IMG/VR virus record: IMGVR_UViG_3300007734_000753
Location: 1 to 64,000 of that record
Origin: a virus
Strand: one strand, 5' to 3'
DNA length: 64,000 nt
A program made the position numbers and the translations under genes. The notes below the pieces were generated by a model, which was not told where the DNA came from, did no database searches, and saw nothing but the letters and a program-made list of their open reading frames with translations. Numbering within the stretch: the stretch's first letter is position 1; each line of letters starts with the position of its first letter. This document shows positions 36,513-46,336 of the stretch, piece after piece.

Positions 36513-38336
36513 ATGGCTACTATTGTTGAAAGTTTAACAAGAGATATAGTCGATCGCGATCTCCGTAAAGAAGGTGCCAATCTCATTAAGAAATGGGAAA
36601 AGACTGGTCTTCTTGAAGGTTTGAGCGACGACAGAGTAAAAAATACAATGTCGGTTCTATTAGAGAACCAAGCAAAAGAACTACTACGTGAAGCTTCTTC
36701 AATGTCCGCTGGTGACGTTGAAGGTTTCGCCGCTGTAGCATTTCCAATTGTACGTCGTGTATTCGGCGGTCTAATTGCAAATGAATTAGTTTCTGTACAA
36801 CCAATGTCATTACCATCAGGTCTAATCTTCTTCCTAGATTTTACCTTCTCGGCTGACACTGGCGCTAGAACTCAATCAGGGTTTACTGCTGTAACTGCTT
36901 CTTCAGTATACGGTGGCGGCGTTGTTGGTCAACAAATCACTGGCGGTGTAAGCCTAACTGGTGCTAATGCCGAAACGAGCTTCTATGCTCTAAATAACGG
37001 CTACTCAAGCGCCACTGGCTCTGCGGCAACAACTGTTGCTGCTGCAACCCCAGATGACCTTTTTGGTAGTGGTGATACAACATCACTACAAAATAGAACA
37101 CTTGCTGTTATTACAGCAAGCGATGTTTTATATTCTGCCATTCTAGGTTATGATGCCGATGAAGCTGCTCTAAATTCCGGAACAATCTATTCTGTTGTAA
37201 GCATTCCATTATCAAACCTAACTGGTTCTGGTGGTAATCCTTTTGACACCAACAACTTGATCGCACTCAATGTTGCCTCTTCTTCTAATGGTTTGATTAC
37301 AAACCAAGCTGCTGGCACAACTCACAGCGTTGTAAGAAGATTGACAAGACTCAGTGCAGACAAGACCAAGGTTATTCTAACTGTAAAAAGCGCTGGTACC
37401 ACACCAGCCAATCCAGTAAATACTTCTGGTACTCCTGCATGTACTTTTGCAGTCAAAGATAAGTTCACCGCTGATACAACTAGATTCTCAATTTCTGAGC
37501 TTCTAGCTGCTGAAGGCGCTGGTTCTGGCTCTGTTGGTCCCGGCTTAGGTCAATCCTCTGGTGCAAATGCAACAATCCCCGAGATCGACATTAAGGTGGA
37601 TTCAATTGCTGTAACTGCTCAAACCAAGAAACTAAAAGCAAAATGGACTCCTGAGCTAGCTCAAGATCTAAATGCTTATCACAACTTGGATGCAGAAGTA
37701 GAATTGACTGGTATTCTCTCAGAGCAAATTGCTCTAGAAATCGACCAAGAGATTCTAAACGATCTAGTTAAGGGTGCCACCGCTGGTACACTTTACTGGT
37801 CACGTCGCCCCGGTAAGTTCGTAAACCGTGAAACTGGCGCATCAATTGCTTCAGCAGTTGCTCCTCCAGACTTCACTGGTAACGTGTCCGAATGGTACGA
37901 AACACTTGTAGAAACTCTAAACGACGTTTCTGCTCGTATTCACCGTAAGACACTACGCGGTGGTGCAAACTTCATGGTTTGCTCACCAGAAGTTGCTAAC
38001 ATCCTAGAGTTCACCTCTGGTTTCCGCGCTTCTGTATCTGCTGAAGAACTCAAAGGTAATTCAGTGGGTGCCGTAAAGGTTGGCTCAATGAGCAAGAAGT
38101 GGGACGTATATGTTGATCCATATTTCCCACGTAACGTAGTACTAATCGGTCGTAGAGGCAAGGCGTTCTTAGAGAGCGGCTATGTCTACGCTCCTTATGT
38201 ACCACTACAAGTTACCCCCACCATCTTTGGTGTCGAGGACTTCGTACCACGTAAAGGCGTAATGACTCGTTATGCCAAGAAGATGGTGCGCCCCGATATG
38301 TACGGTTTAGTAATCTGCGAAGATCTATTAGGCTAG
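36513..38336 (+). CDS. Major capsid protein (gp23-like)
   Basis: KWEKTGLLEGL, LLENQ, VQPMSLPSGLIF, KLKAKWTPELAQDLNAYH, EIDQEIL, YAPYVPL, PRKGVMTRY. Confidence 0.97.
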   Translation: MATIVESLTRDIVDRDLRKEGANLIKKWEKTGLLEGLSDDRVKNTMSVLLENQAKELLREASSMSAGDVEGFAAVAFPIVRRVFGGLIANELVSVQPMSLPSGLIFFLDFTFSADTGARTQSGFTAVTASSVYGGGVVGQQITGGVSLTGANAETSFYALNNGYSSATGSAATTVAAATPDDLFGSGDTTSLQNRTLAVITASDVLYSAILGYDADEAALNSGTIYSVVSIPLSNLTGSGGNPFDTNNLIALNVASSSNGLITNQAAGTTHSVVRRLTRLSADKTKVILTVKSAGTTPANPVNTSGTPACTFAVKDKFTADTTRFSISELLAAEGAGSGSVGPGLGQSSGANATIPEIDIKVDSIAVTAQTKKLKAKWTPELAQDLNAYHNLDAEVELTGILSEQIALEIDQEILNDLVKGATAGTLYWSRRPGKFVNRETGASIASAVAPPDFTGNVSEWYETLVETLNDVSARIHRKTLRGGANFMVCSPEVANILEFTSGFRASVSAEELKGNSVGAVKVGSMSKKWDVYVDPYFPRNVVLIGRRGKAFLESGYVYAPYVPLQVTPTIFGVEDFVPRKGVMTRYAKKMVRPDMYGLVICEDLLG

Positions 38337-38360
38337 TCTACAGGGTAAATGAGTAATGGG

Positions 38361-38400
38361 TGAGGCACCGAGGGAAACTTCGGTGCCTTATCTATTTTTA
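38361..38400 (+). terminator. Intrinsic terminator after the major capsid gene
   Basis: tgaggcaccgagg-GAAA-cttcggtgcctta stem with a GNRA loop, then a T-rich tail. Confidence 0.85.
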
Positions 38401-38410
38401 TAATAAAGAA

Positions 38411-38419
38411 ACTATTTAC
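38411..38419 (+). promoter_or_regulatory. Late promoter motif ACTATTTAC
   Basis: Restarts transcription after the capsid terminator, before the neck gene. Confidence 0.75.
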
Positions 38420-38434
38420 CTTGAGGGTCTATAA

Positions 38435-39679
38435 ATGTCAGCATTTCCTTTATTAACTCCAGTAAGCAATACAAACATATCTGCTTTATCTTCCTCTGCA
38501 ACTCCAGCAAATGCAGCATCTTTTACATATCCAATGGGAGTCTATACGACTAATGCTGCTTTCTTGAGTGGTGCTGCTGCTCAAGTTGCATTTGTATATC
38601 AAAGACTCGGTGGTGACATATTAGATATAGAATTGAAGAATGAAATGGTTTATTCTTCTTATGAAGAAGCAACTCTTGAGTATTCTTATCTTGTAAACCT
38701 TCACCAAGCAAAGAATTCATTACCCAGCCTATTGGGCAACACAACTGCCTCTTTCAATCAATTGGGCGAAGTTACAACTGCTGGTTTGACGAATACACAC
38801 GTTGAACTAAAATACCCCAATTTCCAAATACAAATGGCTCGCAAAATTGCGAGAGGCTTAGAAACAAGTATTGGCATAGGCGGAACAACAACAATTTATA
38901 CAGCCTCTTTTAACATTACCAATGGTCAACAACAATATGATTTACAAAGTGTAATGTCGGCTTCTTATCCAAGCGTTGTTGGTAATAAAAGAGCAATTGT
39001 TACAAAAGTATATTACAAGACGGCAGTCAACATCTGGAGATTCTTTGGTTATTATGGTGCCCTCAATGTTATTGGCAACTTATCAAATTACGGCATGTTT
39101 TCAGATAACACAACATTTGAGGTTGTTCCAACTTGGCAAAATAAACTTCAAGCCATAATGTATGAGGATTCAATCAATACCAGAATCTCCCATTATTCTT
39201 ATGATATAAGAAACAATATGATTCGTTTATATCCAACACCAGATACATTTAGCCCCGGAAAATTCTACTTTGAGTTTTATGTTCCACCAGAAGGCTGGGA
39301 TGAAGACGAAACAAGAGTTGATGGTGTATCTGGTATAAACAATATGAATACTTTGCCATTTGCAAATATACCATATGAAAGTATCAACTCGATTGGTAAG
39401 CATTGGATTCGTCGTTATTCATTGGCAATTTGTAAAGAAATGCTTGGTCAAGTTCGTGGTAAATTCCAAGGAGTTATTCCAATTCCCGGTGACAAGATCA
39501 CAATGAATGCTTCAGATTTATTAGGTCAAGCCAAAGAAGAAAAGCAAGCTTTGCGTGATGAACTTATGAAGATTCTTGATGAATTGACTTACGCAAAGAT
39601 TGGTGAAACAACAGCCAAGATGATTGAGGATACAAACAAAACTCTCAATGGTGTTCCATTGGGCATATTTGTAGGATAA
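38435..39679 (+). CDS. Neck/head-tail adaptor protein (gp13-like)
   Basis: RLGGDILDIEL and WIRRYSLAICKEMLGQVRGKF...IPG...MNASDL; position after the capsid gene. Confidence 0.8.
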   Translation: MSAFPLLTPVSNTNISALSSSATPANAASFTYPMGVYTTNAAFLSGAAAQVAFVYQRLGGDILDIELKNEMVYSSYEEATLEYSYLVNLHQAKNSLPSLLGNTTASFNQLGEVTTAGLTNTHVELKYPNFQIQMARKIARGLETSIGIGGTTTIYTASFNITNGQQQYDLQSVMSASYPSVVGNKRAIVTKVYYKTAVNIWRFFGYYGALNVIGNLSNYGMFSDNTTFEVVPTWQNKLQAIMYEDSINTRISHYSYDIRNNMIRLYPTPDTFSPGKFYFEFYVPPEGWDEDETRVDGVSGINNMNTLPFANIPYESINSIGKHWIRRYSLAICKEMLGQVRGKFQGVIPIPGDKITMNASDLLGQAKEEKQALRDELMKILDELTYAKIGETTAKMIEDTNKTLNGVPLGIFVG

Positions 39680-39684
39680 AATAG

Positions 39685-40173
39685 ATGGCAAACAACAAAT
39701 GGACAAGACCAGATGTTCGACCACCGAGGCTTTTTGCGGGGCAAAAAGAGAAAGATCTTGTCAAACAAGTCAACGACGAAGTTCTTGAAAGAGTTGTTGG
39801 ACAGCCAATTCTTTATTATCCGCTGGATCTAACAACTTCTAATTATCATCCTTTGTATGGTGAGGCAATTGTAAAAAACTTTTTACCACCAATTAGGGTT
39901 TATGCTCTAGTTGATTATGAAAACTATATCACTGAAATGACAGATTTTGGTCCAGATAAAAAGGTATCAATAACTGTGCGCTTCCAATATAGAAGACTCA
40001 CTGAAGATCAAGACCTATTTGTTAGAGAAGGTGATATGGTTCTATACGACGGCTATTTCTTTGAGATTGTTTCATTAGATCAAAAAACAGTTCTTTATGG
40101 TGATTCTTATCCTCCATTTGATACCATTGCTAAATGCGTTCTAGCAAGAAAGGGAACTTTCAATGCAAGCTAA
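39685..40173 (+). CDS. Neck/head closure protein (gp14-like)
   Basis: GQPILYYP, PLYGEA, REGDMVLYDGYFFEI; synteny. Confidence 0.7.
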   Translation: MANNKWTRPDVRPPRLFAGQKEKDLVKQVNDEVLERVVGQPILYYPLDLTTSNYHPLYGEAIVKNFLPPIRVYALVDYENYITEMTDFGPDKKVSITVRFQYRRLTEDQDLFVREGDMVLYDGYFFEIVSLDQKTVLYGDSYPPFDTIAKCVLARKGTFNAS

Positions 40174-40993
40174 TATACTTACACCCTCAACGCTTGAAAC
40201 AGTTGATATGGCTTTTTATAACTTTATCAACGATAAAATAAATGTATTTGCGACAACAAATGAAGGCTTCAAAAAAGTTCCAATTATTTGGATAACAGCC
40301 GAGAGAGCTTTTCATATAAAAAATGAAAAAGAGATTAGAGAGATTGATTCACAGACTTTGGTTTATCCACTTATATCCATAGAAAGAATCTCAACAACAA
40401 AAACAAAACCAAACGACAGACCTTTACCGGGAAATAAATTTCCATATCCCGATTATAAAAAAGGCGTTGTCACAATTGCCAGACAGATAAATGCTGAAAA
40501 ATCAAGAAACTTTACTAATGCTTTATCAAAACAAATAAATGGTCAGCAAAATTCTAAAAATGTCCCACCAAGAACTGTGTATCAATATATCTCAATTCCA
40601 TTACCAGTTTATGCAACAATGAATTATGAGGTCAAAATTCGCTCACAATACCAGCAACAAATGAACGAAATGATGTTGCCGTTCATAAACTACTCATCTG
40701 GTTGGAATTATTTTATGATTGATTATGAGGGTTTCAAGTATGAAACGTTTTATGATTCGGAGAGTGAATTCAAGTCAAATTCTTCTAATCAAGCAAACGA
40801 TGAAAAGAAATATGATGCCAAGTTCAAGTTCAAGGTTATGGGGTATACAACAACTATAGGTGAGAATCAGCAGACTCCAACAAATGTGTATAGAGAAAAT
40901 GCTGTTGTTGTTAGATTCCCAAGAGAAAGAGTTGTTCTAAACGAAACAAATGAATTTGTCAGCAATCCTCAAAACAAATCTTTTCGCCCCTAG
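40163..40993 (+). CDS. Tail terminator/sheath stabiliser (gp15-like)
   Basis: KVPIIW..AER, PLISIER, PLPVYATMNYEV; synteny. Confidence 0.7.
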   Translation: MQANILTPSTLETVDMAFYNFINDKINVFATTNEGFKKVPIIWITAERAFHIKNEKEIREIDSQTLVYPLISIERISTTKTKPNDRPLPGNKFPYPDYKKGVVTIARQINAEKSRNFTNALSKQINGQQNSKNVPPRTVYQYISIPLPVYATMNYEVKIRSQYQQQMNEMMLPFINYSSGWNYFMIDYEGFKYETFYDSESEFKSNSSNQANDEKKYDAKFKFKVMGYTTTIGENQQTPTNVYRENAVVVRFPRERVVLNETNEFVSNPQNKSFRP

Positions 40994-41011
40994 TATTTAG
41001 CCTAATAATAA

Positions 41012-41021
41012 ACTATTTATA
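41012..41021 (+). promoter_or_regulatory. Late promoter motif ACTATTTATA
   Basis: Consensus copy upstream of the tail sheath gene. Confidence 0.75.
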
Positions 41022-41059
41022 AAAGCAAATAAGCTTCTATAAAAGGGAGATCTTCTAAT

Positions 41060-44008
41060 ATGGCAGTGTCAGCAAAAAATTATCGTTTCGTATCCCCCGG
41101 CATCGTGACTCAAGAAATTGATCGTTCGCGTATTCCAAACGCCCCCGCTCCAATCGGACCAGTTGTGATTGGTCGTGCAGAGAGAGGTCCAGCTTTTACA
41201 CCAGTAACAGTTACTTCTTTTGATGAATTTACAAGCACATTTGGTAATCCAGTTCCCGGTGGTGTTGGTGGCGATGTTTGGAGAGATGGAAATAAAACCT
41301 CTCCAATGTATGGTACATATGCTGCACAAGCTTGGTTGAAAAATGGTCAAGCATTGACTTATGTTAGAGTACTCGGTGATCAGTCTGATTCGGCTACAAC
41401 GAACGGTAAAGCAGGTTGGAGCTTTGATGCGCCAACAACTACTAATTTCAAGGGTGCTTATGGTTTATTCGTTGCCCCTTCTGGTGCTGCCCCCGTAACT
41501 GGTGCTTTGGCAGCGGTTTGGTATTGTGGTACTGGCAATGGCTCTACCGACAGAGTTCCTGTTTTAGTGGGGACAACCCCCGGTTTGGCAGCCAATGTAG
41601 CTGGCACTTGTGGTTTTGTATCTACAACCGATGGAACATTTACTGCTTACTTGTCTGGTTCTAGTGGCGCTGCTTTAGGACCATATAAATTCAGTTTAGA
41701 TAAAACAAAGCCAAATTATATTAGAAAAGTATTCAACACCGATCCAACTCTTGTTGGTAAGTCTACTGCGTTTGGTGGAACTTCATACTTCTTAGGTGAA
41801 ACCTTTGAGGACGTATATACTAACAATACAAATACAGCTGGTTGGTCTTCAACTACAAATTACTATGCTGTAATTTTACCATTGACTGATGGTACTACAA
41901 ATTTTGCAAATCGTAAGTTTGCATATCAGCCAGCAAAATCTGGTTGGATTATTAGCCAAGATACCAGCGCCGATACCAGCTCATTTACAATAACTGGTGC
42001 AAATGGCACAGTAACAGGCTCTTTCTTCAATAGCGGAAGAGTAAAGAAGCTATTTAGATTTGCTGCTCTAAACTCTGGCGAGTGGATACAAAACAATCTA
42101 AAAATTGCCATTACAAACATTACTGCTCCAACCAACATCAATGTAAATCCTTATGCTACATTTGATGTAGAATTGAGACTATTATTCGATCAAGATACAA
42201 ATAAGAAAGTAGTTGAATCATTTAGTGGTTGTACTCTAAACGCTAATTCTGATTCATTTATTGCCAAAGTAATAGGTGATAAGTATGTAGACTATGATGA
42301 AACAAACGGCAGATTAGTTGAATATGGAAGCAATGAAAACAAATCAAGATATGTTCGCGTTGAAATGAATGACGAATTTATCAATGGTACATCCGATTAT
42401 GTTCCATTTGGTACAACTTTCCCCGTTGTTTACAAAAGCGCAACTATATCTGCGGCGAATGTCGGTGGCGCAGGCACACTAGCTGGAAATAAATACTTTG
42501 GTGACAAAACATATGCAGCAGCTTCTGCTTCCGCAACTGTTGCAATAACTGGTGCCATTTCTTCACAATGGGACTATCCAATTCCTTTATATAGAACTAC
42601 AACCTCTGGTTTGAGTTCTCTAAAGTTTGCCTATTTCGGCGCTCAACCAGTTTCTGATTCTGGCGTTGTTGCAGGTTCTGTGATTGATGTTCTAAGAATG
42701 AATGCGGCGTTAGCGGGTGCGGCTTCTTATGACCCCGATGATACTAATACTGCTTATTCTGCAATTATCACTTTAGATAATGTCAAATATAGCACAACCT
42801 TGGGGTCTAATAGCAACCCATATTCTGATTTATCTTACGCTAACAATGCAAGATCGAGTGGCGTTTCTTTGACCGCAACTGGCTCTTTACCAAGCACGTT
42901 ACCACAAGCAGCAACTGTTTCTGGAACATACAAAGCCCCGTTGGCTCTTGGTATAAATAAATTCTGTTCATATTTCTATAATGGTTCTGATGGTTTTGAC
43001 ATAATAGAGTCAAATCCTCTAAGAAATGGTTTGATTGCAACAAATGCAACTGCTCAAAATGATTACAGATTTTTCTCATATCAAAGAGCAATTGACACTG
43101 TAAAGAACCCTGAAATTGCACAATACAACGCAATTACTGTTCCCGGCTTAACAATTCAATCATTGCACAACCGTCTAATCAATAATACAGAAACAAGAGC
43201 AGATGCCTTGGCAATCGTTGATGTTCCTAAAGGTTACAATCCAGAAGCCGAATGGCAATGGTTTACCCAAACAAACACAACCGATGTACCAACCAAGGGC
43301 ACTGCGTATATGGGCAATGTAAACGATGCTGTATCCTTATGGACAACTCGCGCTTATAATAGCAATTATGCCTGCGCCTACTATCCATGGGTACAAATTA
43401 GAGATGCTGTAAATGGCACAAATGTATGGGTTCCACCTTCAGTTGTTGCTTTCGGCGCAATGGCTTATACAGACGCAGTTCAAGCTCCTTGGTTTGCTCC
43501 TGCTGGTTTCAACCGTGGTGGTTTATCAAGTGGTATTGCTGGCTTACCAGTAATCAATACTGCTCTCAAGCTATTCCAAACTGATAGAGATACTCTTTAT
43601 AACATCAACATCAATCCAATTGCTTCGTTCCCCAATGAAGGCGTTGTGATCTTTGGTCAAAAGACTCTACAGGTTGAGAGAAGTGCTCTCGATAGAATCA
43701 ATGTCCGCAGACTATTGATTTACGTCAAGAGCGGTATTTCTCAAATTGCTTCAAGAATTCTATTTGAGCAAAACATCCAAGACACTTGGAATAGATTTAT
43801 TGGTCAAGCAGAACCCTTCTTGGCTGATGTGAAATCAAGATTCGGCTTGGTTGATTACAAGTTCCTATTAGATCAAACAACAACCACACCAGATTTGATT
43901 GACCAAAATACTCTATATGCTAAAGTATACTTGAAGCCAGCCAGAGCAATTGAATTTATTGCACTTGACTTCATCATCACAAATACTGGCGCTTCTTTTG
44001 AGGACTAA
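41060..44008 (+). CDS. Contractile tail sheath protein (gp18-like)
   Basis: FVSPGIVTQEIDRS, WFAPAGFNRG, NINPI, GQKTL, DRINVRRLL, LKPARAIEFI. Confidence 0.95.
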   Translation: MAVSAKNYRFVSPGIVTQEIDRSRIPNAPAPIGPVVIGRAERGPAFTPVTVTSFDEFTSTFGNPVPGGVGGDVWRDGNKTSPMYGTYAAQAWLKNGQALTYVRVLGDQSDSATTNGKAGWSFDAPTTTNFKGAYGLFVAPSGAAPVTGALAAVWYCGTGNGSTDRVPVLVGTTPGLAANVAGTCGFVSTTDGTFTAYLSGSSGAALGPYKFSLDKTKPNYIRKVFNTDPTLVGKSTAFGGTSYFLGETFEDVYTNNTNTAGWSSTTNYYAVILPLTDGTTNFANRKFAYQPAKSGWIISQDTSADTSSFTITGANGTVTGSFFNSGRVKKLFRFAALNSGEWIQNNLKIAITNITAPTNINVNPYATFDVELRLLFDQDTNKKVVESFSGCTLNANSDSFIAKVIGDKYVDYDETNGRLVEYGSNENKSRYVRVEMNDEFINGTSDYVPFGTTFPVVYKSATISAANVGGAGTLAGNKYFGDKTYAAASASATVAITGAISSQWDYPIPLYRTTTSGLSSLKFAYFGAQPVSDSGVVAGSVIDVLRMNAALAGAASYDPDDTNTAYSAIITLDNVKYSTTLGSNSNPYSDLSYANNARSSGVSLTATGSLPSTLPQAATVSGTYKAPLALGINKFCSYFYNGSDGFDIIESNPLRNGLIATNATAQNDYRFFSYQRAIDTVKNPEIAQYNAITVPGLTIQSLHNRLINNTETRADALAIVDVPKGYNPEAEWQWFTQTNTTDVPTKGTAYMGNVNDAVSLWTTRAYNSNYACAYYPWVQIRDAVNGTNVWVPPSVVAFGAMAYTDAVQAPWFAPAGFNRGGLSSGIAGLPVINTALKLFQTDRDTLYNININPIASFPNEGVVIFGQKTLQVERSALDRINVRRLLIYVKSGISQIASRILFEQNIQDTWNRFIGQAEPFLADVKSRFGLVDYKFLLDQTTTTPDLIDQNTLYAKVYLKPARAIEFIALDFIITNTGASFED

Positions 44009-44060
44009 ATAAATTTGTCAGGGAACTATATATTTTATAAAGTAAGGAGAAAGTAAAAAC

Positions 44061-44648
44061 ATGGCAAGCCCCCTAACACCTTGGACTCCCGGCTTTGAGC
44101 CAAAAAGAGAACATAAGTTTATATTGGAACTACAAAACATCAGCGCATATTTTATTACTGATGTTACTATTCCAAAAGCAACTATCACAGATACAGCGAA
44201 GCATAATTTTCTTTCTCATACTTTCAAGTTCCCCGGCAAATTATCTTGGGGTGATTCAACATTTACTCTTGTAGATCCAATCGATCTCAATGCAGTGGAT
44301 TTATTTATGAGACACCTAAAAGCTTCTGGCTACGTATTTCCAAGCAGCTTTGAGATAAACGACCCAACAAATTCAACTTATTACCTAAAAACAATAAAGA
44401 AGAGTTTTGTTAGCGCAAATAATCAGATTCAAGGTATGACAATAAAATCCATAGACTCTGATGGCAATCCAATCGAAGCTTGGACTCTAAAAAATGCTTT
44501 CATAAAAGATTTAGATTTTGGTAATTACAAGTATGACACAGAAGGTCTAAAGAACGTGAAAACAATTGTTTCATGTGATTGGGTTGATTACGAGAGCTTC
44601 CGTTCTATTGATGGTGTCCTCATAAATACCAAAACTATAGGTGGGTAA
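44061..44648 (+). CDS. Tail tube protein (gp19-like)
   Basis: FEPKREHKFI, KFPGKLSW, EAWTLKNAF; follows the sheath gene. Confidence 0.85.
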   Translation: MASPLTPWTPGFEPKREHKFILELQNISAYFITDVTIPKATITDTAKHNFLSHTFKFPGKLSWGDSTFTLVDPIDLNAVDLFMRHLKASGYVFPSSFEINDPTNSTYYLKTIKKSFVSANNQIQGMTIKSIDSDGNPIEAWTLKNAFIKDLDFGNYKYDTEGLKNVKTIVSCDWVDYESFRSIDGVLINTKTIGG

Positions 44649-44651
44649 TAG

Positions 44652-45278
44652 ATGGCTGAAATAAAGCCCGAAAAAGTTGTTTCCAGCTTATTTGGTGCTT
44701 ATCTTGATGCTCCATTAGTTCCAGAATATGCTTTCAAGAGCGCTCAACAATCTCACAGATTTATACTTGAAGTTCAAGGTCTAAATGTTGCATTTGTTAA
44801 AGAGGTAAAGCGCCCATCTTTTTCAATAGAGTATCAAGAATTTGATCATTTAGGATATATAACCAAATTTCCTAAAAAAATAAAATGGGATAACATTTCG
44901 TTTACAGTTATTGAAACCTATGATTATAGAGCCTTGGGTACTGTTTTGGGCAATATGATACATAAAGCACAAACAACGGCATATAGATACCCAACAAACA
45001 TCATATCATCTCAATTTTTTAACTTATCAAAGAAAAATCTGATAAACGATTTTGGTAATATAAATATAAAAACTATTGATCCAGATGGCAATGTTGTCGA
45101 TACGTGGCGCATATACAATCCAATGGTATCAAAAATTACACCATCACAGTTGAGTTATGCTTCTGATGACTTAACAAATACACAAGTTGAGCTAACATAT
45201 GATTGGGCAGAATACTATCTATCTAGCGACATTAGACCCGGTAAATTAGCTCAAGTAGGCATAGATAGAATTTTTTAA
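44652..45278 (+). CDS. Second tail tube-like protein
   Basis: Paralogous pattern HRFILE..VKRPS..KWDNISFT..DTWRIYN..LSY...VELTYDW. Confidence 0.75.
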   Translation: MAEIKPEKVVSSLFGAYLDAPLVPEYAFKSAQQSHRFILEVQGLNVAFVKEVKRPSFSIEYQEFDHLGYITKFPKKIKWDNISFTVIETYDYRALGTVLGNMIHKAQTTAYRYPTNIISSQFFNLSKKNLINDFGNINIKTIDPDGNVVDTWRIYNPMVSKITPSQLSYASDDLTNTQVELTYDWAEYYLSSDIRPGKLAQVGIDRIF

Positions 45279-45290
45279 TAAGAGGTTATA

Positions 45291-46148
45291 ATGAGTAGCA
45301 GAAATAACGGGAGCAGATTTTCTGCTCCTTTGATGCCAGAAGATTTGAGAAGTCAAATGATGGCAGCCAGTGTTCATCAACAAAATCAAGCATCATATCA
45401 AACACCAACGGAAGTTGTTGAATTACCATCAAAAGGATTGTTTTATCCAGAAGGGCATCCTTTGCATAATGCAGAAACAGTTGAAATAAAGTTCATGACA
45501 ACCAAAGAGGAAGACATTTTGACTTCACCAACATTGGTGGAAAAAGGTATTGTCTTTGATAAACTTATTGAGAGTATTTTGGTTGATAAAAGAATTGATG
45601 TTTCCAGCCTAATAACTGGTGACAGAAATGCGATTTTATCAAGAGCAAGAATTTCAGCATATGGTCCCGAGTATTCATTTGCAGCATCGTGCCCTTCCTG
45701 CTCTACAATACAAAAAGTTGATCATTTATTTACAGAGCTAAAGAATAAAGAAATTTCCTACGATGAACTTGAAATAGAAAATGGTCTTTTCAAGCTTACT
45801 CTTCCAAAAAGCGGTGCAGTTGTGCATATGAAACTTTTGACAGGTAGAGATGAAAAAGAGATTGCCGAAGAACAAAAAAGAAGAATAAAAGCAAACCTTC
45901 CAGAAGAGCAGCTTGTTTTGACTTATAGAAAAATGATTGTGAAAGTAAATGGTAATGATGATATATTTGCAATTGCTAATTTCGTCACTTCAATGCCAAT
46001 TTTGGACTCAAGATATATACGTAAGACTTATGCAGAAATAAAACCAGATCTAGATTTGACATATCGCTTTCAGTGCCAAAAATGTGGTCATGTCGATGAT
46101 GGAGGTGTTGTCTCTATTACTGGAGACTTTTTTTGGCCTCAACTCTGA
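45291..46148 (+). CDS. Baseplate hub/tape-measure assembly chaperone (gp26/gp51-like)
   Basis: VELPSKGLFYP, MTTKEEDIL, RISAYGPEY, CPSC, CQKC, and terminal FFWP. Confidence 0.75.
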   Translation: MSSRNNGSRFSAPLMPEDLRSQMMAASVHQQNQASYQTPTEVVELPSKGLFYPEGHPLHNAETVEIKFMTTKEEDILTSPTLVEKGIVFDKLIESILVDKRIDVSSLITGDRNAILSRARISAYGPEYSFAASCPSCSTIQKVDHLFTELKNKEISYDELEIENGLFKLTLPKSGAVVHMKLLTGRDEKEIAEEQKRRIKANLPEEQLVLTYRKMIVKVNGNDDIFAIANFVTSMPILDSRYIRKTYAEIKPDLDLTYRFQCQKCGHVDDGGVVSITGDFFWPQL

Positions 46149-46302
46149 TTATATTCATAGTGTTTATGACAAGATTTTTTATATGATTCAATTGGGTAAT
46201 TGGCGCTTTTTTGAGGTTCACGCTATTCCTGTTACCTTGAGAAACTGGTTTTTTGATAAATTGCTTGAATATATGCAGAAGCAAAATACAACAAATAATT
46301 AG
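46128..46302 (+). CDS. Probable frameshift extension of the tail chaperone
   Basis: Overlapping +1-frame ORF (FFGLNSDYIHSVYDKIFYMIQLGNWRFFEVHAIPVTLRNWFFDKL) begins at a T7 run, has no SD-led start, and sits just before the tape measure. Confidence 0.6.
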
Positions 46303-46309
46303 TTTCTCT

Positions 46310-46318
46310 ACTATTTAG
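46310..46318 (+). promoter_or_regulatory. Late promoter motif ACTATTTAG
   Basis: Intergenic, upstream of the tape measure gene. Confidence 0.7.
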
Positions 46319-46336
46319 GTATTGAAGGGATAAAAA

